IMG/VR virus record: IMGVR_UViG_3300020172_006270
Location: 62,001 to 126,000 of that record
Direction: 5' to 3' (one strand)
DNA: 64,000 nucleotides
A model generated the notes under the pieces. The model was not told where the DNA came from. It saw only the letters and a program-made list of their open reading frames with translations, and searched no databases. This document shows positions 55,588-64,000 of this stretch, piece by piece (the stretch's first letter is position 1; every line of letters starts with the position of its first letter). A program made the translations under genes and the position numbers.

Positions 55588-57954
55588 TTAGAAGGCATCT
55601 GCGTTCTCTGTGAAGCTACCTGTTCTGTGAATCGAGAACTCGATGAAGATGAATTCAGCGGCTCTCGTTGGCTGAACGCCAATCTGCGCACGGAACTCAT
55701 TACGGTCGATTACATCAGGAGTGTTCAATTCAGCATCGGCCTTGATGATGAAGTCGGTAACGCCCCGACCCACCTGAACCTCACGCAAAATCTGCGAAGC
55801 AATGCTTACAAACTTGCGCTGGAACGTCTCGTCGTTTGGATCGAATAGAAGCTGACGGCTCGCAGAGCGGATTCGCTTCTCTAGGTAGAACATCAATCGA
55901 CGCACGTTTACACGGTCCAAAGCTGTTGGGCGGCGTTGCAGAGTCTTTTGACCCCAAACCAAGAAGCCGTCAACATCATTGAAGTGAACGATTGGGTTGA
56001 TGCAGTTACGATTTCCATACATCAAGTCACGCTCGGCAAGCGTCGGACGGTTGTAAACGTCGGTGATCGCCGGAACGATACCACGAGTCATACCAGCCGG
56101 AGCAAACCAAGGAGCAGACAAGAAATCGCTTCGAGCGATAACTGCCATGATTGAGCCGCTAGGTGGAACCCAAACGTCAACCCGGTTGAAATTGTCACGA
56201 ATCTTAACCCAAGGCCAGTACAATGCACCGAAGTCCGAGTCAAAACGTGTGAGGTTCAATGGGTGAGTACCGTTCTGCCACGCTACGATTTCACCAACCG
56301 TTAGACCGAATGGAGGATCAATGATCGCCAAGCAGTCCATACGGGTGTTCTGGCAGAAGTCCAACAGGGCTGTTACTACGCTGGTGCTGGAGTGACCAGG
56401 AACAGCGATGAGGTCGATGTCGATCTGCTCTGGCTCGGACATCGTGTAGATGCCGGTGTAGCCGATCTGACTTCCGATAATCAAAGCGTCCTGTGCGTCT
56501 GGGTCAGCCGGAATACCGTCTGATCCACCAGACAAGCTGTAAGTACCGTCCAAAGGACCAGCACCTTCAGCAGTGTTGTCACTGATTCGGATGAAATCCG
56601 AAACCAGAGCCATGTAGGTTTCAACATAGAACCGACTTGTCTGGTTCTTTGTCAAGTTGCCCCATGCTTCTACCGATACGCCGTTATTGAAGACTTCGAT
56701 AACGAAGTGGTCTTCACGAACGTCGTTTGTAATTCTGATCTGTGTCTGATTGCCTTCGATACCAGGGCTGTCAGCATTGACGGTGAATGCGATGCTGCCG
56801 GTGTTGTTAGAGGCACCAGTTACAATACCGTAAGATGCAGTGCTACCACCAGTTATACCCTCTGGGCTATCGCCAGCGTGCGTCACTGTGTCTAATCCGA
56901 ACACAAGTTCTGCTGTGCTATCTGGCTTAATGCGAAGACGAGCATCATTTCCAGTGTGGTTAGTGTTAAACTGTACGTTGTTTCCAACAGCCACAGCCGT
57001 CCACCCACCTGGAAGCGTTCCACCGTTTTCAACCTTTTCAGCATTGATTGCGATGATAACATCAGCGATGACATTAGATGTGCCTTCGAGAGCCGACAAG
57101 TCAATTGTTTGAACAATACCGTCGATCAACACATTATCTGTGCCGTCTACGACGATCTGTAGATTCAAGCCTGTTAAGCCTGTGAAGTCAAAAACACCAG
57201 GAGTCTGATATGCCACGTTCGGATACATGCCCATTGAGCCAGTAACCGATGCTTGAGTCATACCCGTGCCAAGGCCAGTTGGGTTTCCACCGATAACTGT
57301 ATTGCCATAAATGGAACTCTGTACAGAAACCAATTCCAGCGAAGCGTCAGGACCATATGCCCAAGTGGTTTTAACACCAATTGAACCGATTCCTGTCTTG
57401 TAGAATTGAATGCCGTCGTTTTCAAAGTCAAGCTGTGCGTTCAAGTCATCAACGACTTCTTGAACTAGGTAAGTTCCTTCCAAGACAACCAGTGTCTTAG
57501 CGGACAGATTACCATTCAGTCTCCAGCGGAAGAACGAGTCTGCGTCGAACGTGTAATATCCGTTACTTCCTGGTCCTGTGTAAGCTGATTCAATCTTTAC
57601 CAATGTGCCAGCAGCAGGTACATCAACCGTAGCGGATAATGCCTGTTCATCACTGACCGGATCGGTATCCGCAACTCGAACGACGAATAGCTCATTAGCA
57701 ACAAGCAAATACTGCTCGGCTGCATAAATGAGGAACGGATCGCCAACGTCCGGGTGTGGATTGCCAAATGTAACGTGCAATTGACGGTTCGTCGCAATAA
57801 GAGTCGGCAGATTGACTGGACCCTTGGAAGCGAAGCCGACCAAGCCCGCACGGTGGAAGGACTGGTCAGGAGCAATGTAGCTCAAGTCTTTCTCAGTGAT
57901 TCTAACACTTGGGCTAATGGTGTTAGAAGGCGGGAACCCCTGTAGAATCGCCAT
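55588..57954 (-). CDS. contractile tail sheath protein (gp18-like)
   Basis: SPSVRITEKD, WFAPAG..RG, INPI, WGQKTL, DRVNVRRL, EFI. Confidence 0.96.
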   Translation of the reverse strand: MAILQGFPPSNTISPSVRITEKDLSYIAPDQSFHRAGLVGFASKGPVNLPTLIATNRQLHVTFGNPHPDVGDPFLIYAAEQYLLVANELFVVRVADTDPVSDEQALSATVDVPAAGTLVKIESAYTGPGSNGYYTFDADSFFRWRLNGNLSAKTLVVLEGTYLVQEVVDDLNAQLDFENDGIQFYKTGIGSIGVKTTWAYGPDASLELVSVQSSIYGNTVIGGNPTGLGTGMTQASVTGSMGMYPNVAYQTPGVFDFTGLTGLNLQIVVDGTDNVLIDGIVQTIDLSALEGTSNVIADVIIAINAEKVENGGTLPGGWTAVAVGNNVQFNTNHTGNDARLRIKPDSTAELVFGLDTVTHAGDSPEGITGGSTASYGIVTGASNNTGSIAFTVNADSPGIEGNQTQIRITNDVREDHFVIEVFNNGVSVEAWGNLTKNQTSRFYVETYMALVSDFIRISDNTAEGAGPLDGTYSLSGGSDGIPADPDAQDALIIGSQIGYTGIYTMSEPEQIDIDLIAVPGHSSTSVVTALLDFCQNTRMDCLAIIDPPFGLTVGEIVAWQNGTHPLNLTRFDSDFGALYWPWVKIRDNFNRVDVWVPPSGSIMAVIARSDFLSAPWFAPAGMTRGIVPAITDVYNRPTLAERDLMYGNRNCINPIVHFNDVDGFLVWGQKTLQRRPTALDRVNVRRLMFYLEKRIRSASRQLLFDPNDETFQRKFVSIASQILREVQVGRGVTDFIIKADAELNTPDVIDRNEFRAQIGVQPTRAAEFIFIEFSIHRTGSFTENADAF

Positions 57955-57958
57955 AGTC

Positions 57959-58180
57959 TTATTCTCCCTTTCTTAACTTGTTTGGTATGTGCCTTGTGGA
58001 AATCAATCCATCCTTTTCTGCTCTATCTATGTATTCAGTTGCTCTTTCATCTTCGAGAAGATAAATATTTTTTCCGCAACCTATTCCTGGCACATTCAGT
58101 ACCGTGAAAGAGCGTGGGGCCGTCCTCGACCTTATGACTAATTGAACCGGAAATTTCTGTTTGTTTTTGATTTCTAGCAT
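57959..58180 (-). CDS. hypothetical protein
   Basis: coupled ORF. Confidence 0.65.
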   Translation of the reverse strand: MLEIKNKQKFPVQLVIRSRTAPRSFTVLNVPGIGCGKNIYLLEDERATEYIDRAEKDGLISTRHIPNKLRKGE

Positions 58181-59175
58181 TCTAATTCCTTGACAGATTC
58201 TTCTATTCTCGCCATAACCTCAGTTATTTCTTCCTCGGTCATACCGTCAACAAAGTCAATCTTCATTTTTAGGACTGCCTTCTTGCGTTCAATCGGTTGA
58301 GGTATATAGGTCTGAGCCGTCATATTAAATTCGTATTTAATTACTCGAATTGCTTGATCGCCCGGTTCAACTTCCAGGTTATTAGCAATAGAGTCCAGCT
58401 TGACCATGACCTCCCAAGGGACACCTGTTACTCGTATGTATGCCGCATGGCTGAATTTTGTTAGAATTTGTTCCACTATCTGATTCATATCTTCACGGTA
58501 CATGGTCCATGCCGTGATTGAATAACCAATATTTACTGGAACGCCTCTTGCCAAACCGAATACTGTGTCTTTGTTATATTTTTCGCTAATCGCTAAACCT
58601 GGACGGTCATTGCTGCCGTTGCGAAATAGATTGATTGCTTTGTGGTATGTATAGCGATCAAGATCATAATCAATTTGAGTTTGTGTTAATGCCAGCAACG
58701 GCAACTTGAGTCGATCAACAACCAACGTCTCGTCTTTGTGAACATTATCTTGAACAATCGCAGCAACCGCTTTCTCTGGCGGTCCCAACATCACCGGAAT
58801 GGGCCAAGCCTTGCCATCCTCGTCAATGACAACAATGTTGTTAAACATATCCAACATGGCTTCATCTGTACCACGAATTGATTTAGAATAACGATAGAGG
58901 ACATTCCGCTCAGGATTCTCCAGGTCGTTAATAATGAAACCACGCTGCATCGGGTCGCAGTCAACTCTGGCCCCGAAGCCGGTCTTTTTCATTGTTTCGT
59001 CTTTGAGGAAATTCAAACTGTCGTCATTGATTCCTCTTCGATTGTCTGCGTCTCGTTCTGGGTCTTTACCACAGTACGGAGGAGAAGGATCGAGATTTAC
59101 GTCCGCAGGAATTCCTGGAACAGCGCAATTGTCCAGATTTCTTTGCTGATGATTTGGGTTATTGGTGCTGCTCAT
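58174..59175 (-). CDS. tail sheath stabiliser/completion protein (gp15-like)
   Basis: IPV..GPPEK, LPL, YDLDR, PVNIGY, DMNQIVEQIL. Confidence 0.75.
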   Translation of the reverse strand: MSSTNNPNHQQRNLDNCAVPGIPADVNLDPSPPYCGKDPERDADNRRGINDDSLNFLKDETMKKTGFGARVDCDPMQRGFIINDLENPERNVLYRYSKSIRGTDEAMLDMFNNIVVIDEDGKAWPIPVMLGPPEKAVAAIVQDNVHKDETLVVDRLKLPLLALTQTQIDYDLDRYTYHKAINLFRNGSNDRPGLAISEKYNKDTVFGLARGVPVNIGYSITAWTMYREDMNQIVEQILTKFSHAAYIRVTGVPWEVMVKLDSIANNLEVEPGDQAIRVIKYEFNMTAQTYIPQPIERKKAVLKMKIDFVDGMTEEEITEVMARIEESVKELEC

Positions 59176-59214
59176 TGTTTCTCCTACAATTAGGTATTCA
59201 GGTGAAAGTCAAAT

Positions 59215-60063
59215 ATGAATAAGCTCGAAATCAAATATCGGTCTTGGTACAAGGGCATTCCTCCTCGACCAATCAAACTTCAAATTCCTGGCTGGGCTGG
59301 CGAGCCTAACGATCATACTACTGGCGACAAACCGCAGCCGTGGCATTGTCCACCATTTGTTGATGGTGCCACTTATGGGTTGGAACTCTGCTACCCATTT
59401 GAAACAGAGTGTCGAGTTAGTATGGTTAATGACCAAGTTGTATTTGACGGTGATTTCACTGAAGAACAAAAAGAATGCACTGATGTTTCTTTGCCGCCTT
59501 TCATGTGCTTTGCACCCGGACACTTTGGTATGACTTCGGCTCTCGATATTAAAGTGCCAACAGGATACGTTCTCAGAACAGAATGTCACCCAAGGTACTA
59601 CACTGATACCACATACACAGTTCCTTGTTGCTTGCCGGGCCATATTCAGACCGAATGGTGGCCCAAAATCTTCTTTGTGGTATTCAAAAATCCAATGCCA
59701 GGGCAAACTCTAATCTTTAGGAAGGGCGAGCCATATGGACAGGCTCTCGTGCTTCCCAAGAAAGTCAGCTATGACATTAAAGAAATGACTATTGCTGAAG
59801 CAACCCAGCGTGTAACAACTGATGACAAGCTAGGTAAATATTGCAAGAGATTTGTCAAAAATGATTGGTATGACCATTTGGGCCATAATTTCGATGACAA
59901 ATACAAGGTGCTAAGTGCTGTTTTCAATAAAAATGGCGCAAAAGGCGTTCAAGAGTTTATTGATGCCGTGGCAAACAAAATTGAAAACAAAAAGAAATTC
60001 CGTGGCAAATTGGTCATGAAGAGGAAAGATGAAGGCATTCAAGATAAAGAAGAGAAGTCATAG
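59215..60063 (+). CDS. hypothetical protein (DUF6065/dUTPase-fold-like)
   Basis: HCPPFVDG..YG, GHIQTEWW, KGEPYGQ. Confidence 0.7.
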   Translation: MNKLEIKYRSWYKGIPPRPIKLQIPGWAGEPNDHTTGDKPQPWHCPPFVDGATYGLELCYPFETECRVSMVNDQVVFDGDFTEEQKECTDVSLPPFMCFAPGHFGMTSALDIKVPTGYVLRTECHPRYYTDTTYTVPCCLPGHIQTEWWPKIFFVVFKNPMPGQTLIFRKGEPYGQALVLPKKVSYDIKEMTIAEATQRVTTDDKLGKYCKRFVKNDWYDHLGHNFDDKYKVLSAVFNKNGAKGVQEFIDAVANKIENKKKFRGKLVMKRKDEGIQDKEEKS

Positions 60064-60358
60064 GCAACCAGTGTTTATCATTGGCCCGCCTATAACTTCT
60101 TTCTCGAAACCTAAATTACCACAAATGTTCTTTGGTCGTGTTCACCAACCAGCTTTGTTCAAACCTCAGCCTACTTTTGAGGTTATTGAGGTTGACCCGG
60201 TTGACCCGGTTGACCCGGTGGTTGAGCCTGCGTCTGTCCTGGACCTGGAGAAGCCTGAGCTTGCGGCGATGCTGGACTTTGTTGCGGGGAACCTCCAGGC
60301 TGGATTCCAGCGGCTTTCTGGAATTGTTGAAACGCCTGCTGAATTTTCGGGTCTTTAA
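60029..60358 (+). CDS. hypothetical protein (3' half antisense to the next gene)
   Basis: RBS GAGG; overlaps the upstream gene end. Confidence 0.45.
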   Translation: MKAFKIKKRSHRQPVFIIGPPITSFSKPKLPQMFFGRVHQPALFKPQPTFEVIEVDPVDPVDPVVEPASVLDLEKPELAAMLDFVAGNLQAGFQRLSGIVETPAEFSGL

Positions 60359-60602
60359 TGCCGGAGATTGTCTGGAACGCCTGAGCAACTTTAGGGTCAG
60401 ACATTGGATTTGGTGGTACAGGCGGGGAAGTTTGCCCACCCTGTATTGGTGCAGCCGGTGCATTGGGCTGACCTGGGGCCGGTTGGCCAGGAGCAGCACC
60501 AGGAGCCGGAGCGCCAGGAGCCGCACCTGGGGCTGGTGGCTGACCAGGAACCGGAGCGGCTTCCTTCAACATTTTCTGATAGAACTGATAAAACGATTGC
60601 AT
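60183..60602 (-). CDS. Pro/Gln/Ala-rich protein, possible internal head protein
   Basis: RBS GAGGA; MQSFYQFYQKMLKE; PGQ repeats. Confidence 0.72.
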   Translation of the reverse strand: MQSFYQFYQKMLKEAAPVPGQPPAPGAAPGAPAPGAAPGQPAPGQPNAPAAPIQGGQTSPPVPPNPMSDPKVAQAFQTISGIKDPKIQQAFQQFQKAAGIQPGGSPQQSPASPQAQASPGPGQTQAQPPGQPGQPGQPQ

Positions 60603-60616
60603 TGTGGTGTCCTCGA

Positions 60617-61159
60617 TTAAACGATTTTGATTTTCAAATCTGGTTGTTTTTGTGTAACTTTGCCTTCGCCTGTTACCACGTCTTCCTGGAATCGTTGGCA
60701 AATCAGTTCAATACGGAGTGCGCCCCATAGTTTGAACTCGCCCAGGTTTCTTTGAACAATGACCCAATTTTCTCTAAGGTGTGGGGTAAACAGCCTTGAT
60801 CCAATTTTGGGTGGATGCCCGACGCTCTGTAGTACAGATCGGTAGTTAAGCTCGAATTTCATTTCGTCGGGGGCATCAATGCCAAACTGATTGACTAGGT
60901 TTTGTGAAGGAATTGGCTCGTAGTTGCACCATAATTGAACAGGGTTGTTTGAAAACAATTTACCACGAGCTTCCAAATACACCGGATCAATCATGTTAGG
61001 GGTGATAACCACTTCATAGTAGTAAAGCGGCGATCCACCCCGTAAGATCGCTTCTTGATCCCACAGATTGAAAAGATCGTGCGTTCGATCATTTGGATCA
61101 AACATTTGCACGCTTCCACGCAATTGATACGGTGTCCCGTCTAAGTTCTTCAGTCCCAT
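60617..61159 (-). CDS. neck/head-closure protein (gp14-like)
   Basis: DPVYLE, QFGI..DE, PKIG; TATATA-N4-ATG upstream. Confidence 0.7.
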   Translation of the reverse strand: MGLKNLDGTPYQLRGSVQMFDPNDRTHDLFNLWDQEAILRGGSPLYYYEVVITPNMIDPVYLEARGKLFSNNPVQLWCNYEPIPSQNLVNQFGIDAPDEMKFELNYRSVLQSVGHPPKIGSRLFTPHLRENWVIVQRNLGEFKLWGALRIELICQRFQEDVVTGEGKVTQKQPDLKIKIV

Positions 61160-61240
61160 ACCTTATATAGAACCATCAAAAGAAAAAGCTCGCCCCTTTC
61201 GGGACGAGCCATTCAATAGTCAAAATGTCAAAGCTGAAAA

Positions 61241-61672
61241 TCAATTAAGTGTAAAGCGTGGGGATATTGCGATCTCGCCACCGCCTGCTGGCAAAGTGTA
61301 CGGAGCCGTGGAAAATCTTTCCACCCACAATAATCTAGGTGTAGCTTCAATTGTAGTAACGTAGTAACCGTAAATGGTCACACCTGTTGTAAATGAAAAA
61401 GTATGTTCGCTGTATACTGCGGAGTTTACACCGAGCGAAGAAGTCGTTGTCCAACCGCTTCCTAGCATTGTATAAGGAGCGTAACCAGTTGGTGCCGTTG
61501 CCTCAGTAATATTTGCTGCCAAATCGGTTGTTTTACCGGGCGTCAAATTATTTGTGAAAAGGCGAAGCAGGCGTTGACCACCCGAAGGGGCAGCACCGCC
61601 ATCTTGTCCAATCATGTTTACAATGTATTGAAGCATGAGAACATCGGACATATTTGGAACCACTAGCGACAT
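61241..61672 (-). CDS. probable virion structural protein
   Basis: LRLFTNN..P, IYGYYV, LLWVERF. Confidence 0.7.
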   Translation of the reverse strand: MSLVVPNMSDVLMLQYIVNMIGQDGGAAPSGGQRLLRLFTNNLTPGKTTDLAANITEATAPTGYAPYTMLGSGWTTTSSLGVNSAVYSEHTFSFTTGVTIYGYYVTTIEATPRLLWVERFSTAPYTLPAGGGEIAISPRFTLN

Positions 61673-61718
61673 AATTCATTCTTCCTTTTTTCTAATCACC
61701 AATCGACGTATATAGTGC

Positions 61719-62345
61719 ATGACACTACGCAATAAAGATGGCACTGTATATAAGCTCGCTGGACCAAATCCGGTTATGAAGACCCAAGAAATATGGGAAG
61801 GCTTCAAAGTCCATAATATGCAGTGGGATGGCGAAACCGCCAAAGACACTAATCAAGTTACCCCTTTAGCATCCGATTTTGATGTTCGGGATACCTTTTT
61901 GTCTGCATTAGACAAAGCTAAGGCCGATATTAAGGTGTCTGAGGCTAAGACAGAATCCACTCCTCAACCTCAAATTGAAAGAAAGCCTGTCGTTCAGCCC
62001 GATCTACAAAGAGAAGAACTCAGAGCATCTACAGACAGCGGAATTGAAAAGACGTTTATTCACTGTCTACCTGCCGTTCTAAGAACCAGAAAAGATTCTC
62101 TTTATGGTGATTCGTACACCACTGTCCAATATGGAAGGCCAACTTCTTTTGAAGGAGTGATTCTTAATCAGCAAGATTTGTTCATTGAAGTTTGGACTGA
62201 CACCGATGCAATCAACGCTGGGTCGATCCTCTTTCCGAAGCAAGGTTACAAACGATGGTGGCGAGTCCAGGGAAAAGAGCAAAAAGGAGGGGGCTGGGTC
62301 TTATCGGCAACGCCTTCAGATCACCAGCCCTCTTTCGATCTATGA
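61719..62345 (+). CDS. hypothetical protein
   Basis: TATATA-N4-ATG; N-terminus NKDGTVYKL resembles that of the 61159 gene. Confidence 0.7.
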   Translation: MTLRNKDGTVYKLAGPNPVMKTQEIWEGFKVHNMQWDGETAKDTNQVTPLASDFDVRDTFLSALDKAKADIKVSEAKTESTPQPQIERKPVVQPDLQREELRASTDSGIEKTFIHCLPAVLRTRKDSLYGDSYTTVQYGRPTSFEGVILNQQDLFIEVWTDTDAINAGSILFPKQGYKRWWRVQGKEQKGGGWVLSATPSDHQPSFDL

Positions 62346-62609
62346 CTTTCCTGGCGGTACGATCCGTGCAACCAGTCCTGCCTTTTGAAGTTGTTCTCTA
62401 TGGTCGTTGACAGCTTTCAAATAAGCCATCTCGTAAATGTCACCGACCATTTTCAAAAATGCAGTAAGGTCGTTCTCTGTAAGGAGGGTGACTCCCATTC
62501 TTTCAATTATCTGCTCATTCTGTGCGTATCTTTCTTGCAATACTTCAAACATTGTCTTCTTTAAGTAATGCCCACGGGGGTTACTCATGTAATCCATCCA
62601 ACTTGCCAT
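62340..62609 (-). CDS. hypothetical protein
   Basis: 89-aa coupled ORF. Confidence 0.7.
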   Translation of the reverse strand: MASWMDYMSNPRGHYLKKTMFEVLQERYAQNEQIIERMGVTLLTENDLTAFLKMVGDIYEMAYLKAVNDHREQLQKAGLVARIVPPGKS

Positions 62610-64000
62610 TAGGCTTCTCCCCTTATTGATTTTTCAAGATTAGCAACAGCCGAAGCATATTCGTGCGGTTGGTATTTGTCCTTGTTTGTATGGAAGTGAT
62701 TGAGTAACTTCTTCTTCTGTTCTATCAAAGCTGGCGAGTGAGTTCCCAAATAATGTGGGTGGTGAGCAACACCAAGCCAATTCTTTTTAGCAAATAACTC
62801 ACTGACGCTTTCTGTAGGCGCAGGCACTTGCTGTCCGGCTGGTGCCGTAGCCGGGGCTGGTGCTGGTGCTGCTGTAGCTGTAGCCGCTGCCGGTGTAGGA
62901 GCAGGAGCTACCGGATTTGCTTCTGGCGCAGCGGTTTGTCCCAGCTTTCGTTTGGCAATAGTATCCCTCAAACGAGTGCCTTGAGCTTTTGTATCTACAT
63001 CTGCCGTTGGCTTTGTCGGAGGCGTAATTTCTCTAGCCGCTTGTGATGCCGCTGGTGCTGGCAAATTAAAGCGTCGATTGATTTCAGCCTGAACTCGATC
63101 CATTACATTGGTGTTGTCCTTACCGACAATTTTTTTGGATACAAGTTCTTGTATAAAGTTGCCATATTTTGCGCCCCGCTTTGCCAGCAAGTTGAATTTC
63201 ATTTCATCTTTTTCTTCAAAATCAGCTTCTTCCATATTGTCGAATGCCAATTGCAAGTAATGCAAAGCACTCTTTAACTCTTTGTCTGATTCTTGACCGT
63301 TATCAACGGGACGAATTTTTCCAGGATCGCCTGATCCAACTTCGATTGCTTGTTTTACCAAGGGGTGATTTTGGAACGCAGACATCAATTGTTCGGATGT
63401 TCTAAGTCCATCTTCATCAATCCAACCCTTAACTAACCTCTCTGCGGTTTCTTTGGCCTCTTCTTGCGACATTCCGGTGTTTCTATACAGAGTGCCAAGT
63501 GTGTTGCCTAAGAATAACTTGAAGTCAATTTGCGAGTTGATGCCATCACGAATCATTTTAATGATGTGAACACCAGTTTCATGATTGCTTAGTTCTTTTG
63601 CTGTATGAGTAAGTTCATCGGCCTTTGCTGCATCTTGTTGCATTTTCAGTATGGCGTCACGCATAACGGAAATGTTGTATGGAGTTTGCAACCCACTTGT
63701 GTCCCACGCCCGTTCGCCTTTGCCACGCTTTTTTTTGCCAATACCGCCGCCAGATTTAACTCGACTCATTAGATCGTCTTCAATGTTGGCATCTCCACCA
63801 TCACTAAAGCTGACTGTGTGAGCATCCTCTCCACCACCTAGCATTCTCATGCGACGACTGCCACCACCTTTGCCTTGGTCTTTTTGCATGAGGTTTGATA
63901 ATTTACCTTTCGCAAACTTCCTGCGACCCTCTGGCGTGAGTAGCTCAGGGTCGTCCATAGATTGAATCATTTTTGAATAGATGTATGAGTGCAATCCTTC
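62609..64000 (-). CDS. large hypothetical protein, start beyond the right window edge
   Basis: open frame to the edge; Ala/Pro-rich linker. Confidence 0.75.
   Translation of the reverse strand, partial: EGLHSYIYSKMIQSMDDPELLTPEGRRKFAKGKLSNLMQKDQGKGGGSRRMRMLGGGEDAHTVSFSDGGDANIEDDLMSRVKSGGGIGKKKRGKGERAWDTSGLQTPYNISVMRDAILKMQQDAAKADELTHTAKELSNHETGVHIIKMIRDGINSQIDFKLFLGNTLGTLYRNTGMSQEEAKETAERLVKGWIDEDGLRTSEQLMSAFQNHPLVKQAIEVGSGDPGKIRPVDNGQESDKELKSALHYLQLAFDNMEEADFEEKDEMKFNLLAKRGAKYGNFIQELVSKKIVGKDNTNVMDRVQAEINRRFNLPAPAASQAAREITPPTKPTADVDTKAQGTRLRDTIAKRKLGQTAAPEANPVAPAPTPAAATATAAPAPAPATAPAGQQVPAPTESVSELFAKKNWLGVAHHPHYLGTHSPALIEQKKKLLNHFHTNKDKYQPHEYASAVANLEKSIRGEA

Noticed and set aside
60190-60218. 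(GTTGACCCG)x3 tandem repeat
   Set aside because: It encodes the PGQ repeats of the minus-strand protein.
1-64000. Stop-codon reassignment
   Set aside because: Conserved genes are full-length in the standard code and no suppressor anticodon was found.

Overview
This window is a 64-kb segment of a large T4-like (jumbo) myophage genome in the standard genetic code. The EF-Tu switch-I signature ([14 protein letters not shown]) suggests a Planctomycetota host. The left third is a translation module. It holds an editing-less ThrRS, a minimal RNase P RNA lacking most of the specificity domain, a free-standing RNA reproducing the 23S rRNA GTPase-associated centre (L10/L11 site) with two inserted hairpins, EF-Tu, and 18 tRNA or tRNA-like genes. 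All 18 have Leu, Ser, Tyr or Phe anticodons and many are structurally atypical. The main 16-tRNA array, followed by tuf, lies behind a sigma70 promoter, a 27-codon leader peptide whose codons 4-19 are exclusively Leu/Ser/Tyr/Phe, and a classical protector/antiterminator/terminator. This looks like a tRNA-supply-sensing transcription attenuator. The middle encodes gp47/gp46-like nuclease subunits, class II RNR, CTP synthase, an amidotransferase, an ART-HD fusion and a MoxR/VWA pair. The right end encodes a gp55-like late sigma factor, three tail-tube paralogues, tail sheath, neck/tail-completion proteins and a hub/chaperone gene with a probable -1 frameshift. All calls come from reading the sequence and from recalled motifs; no searches were run.
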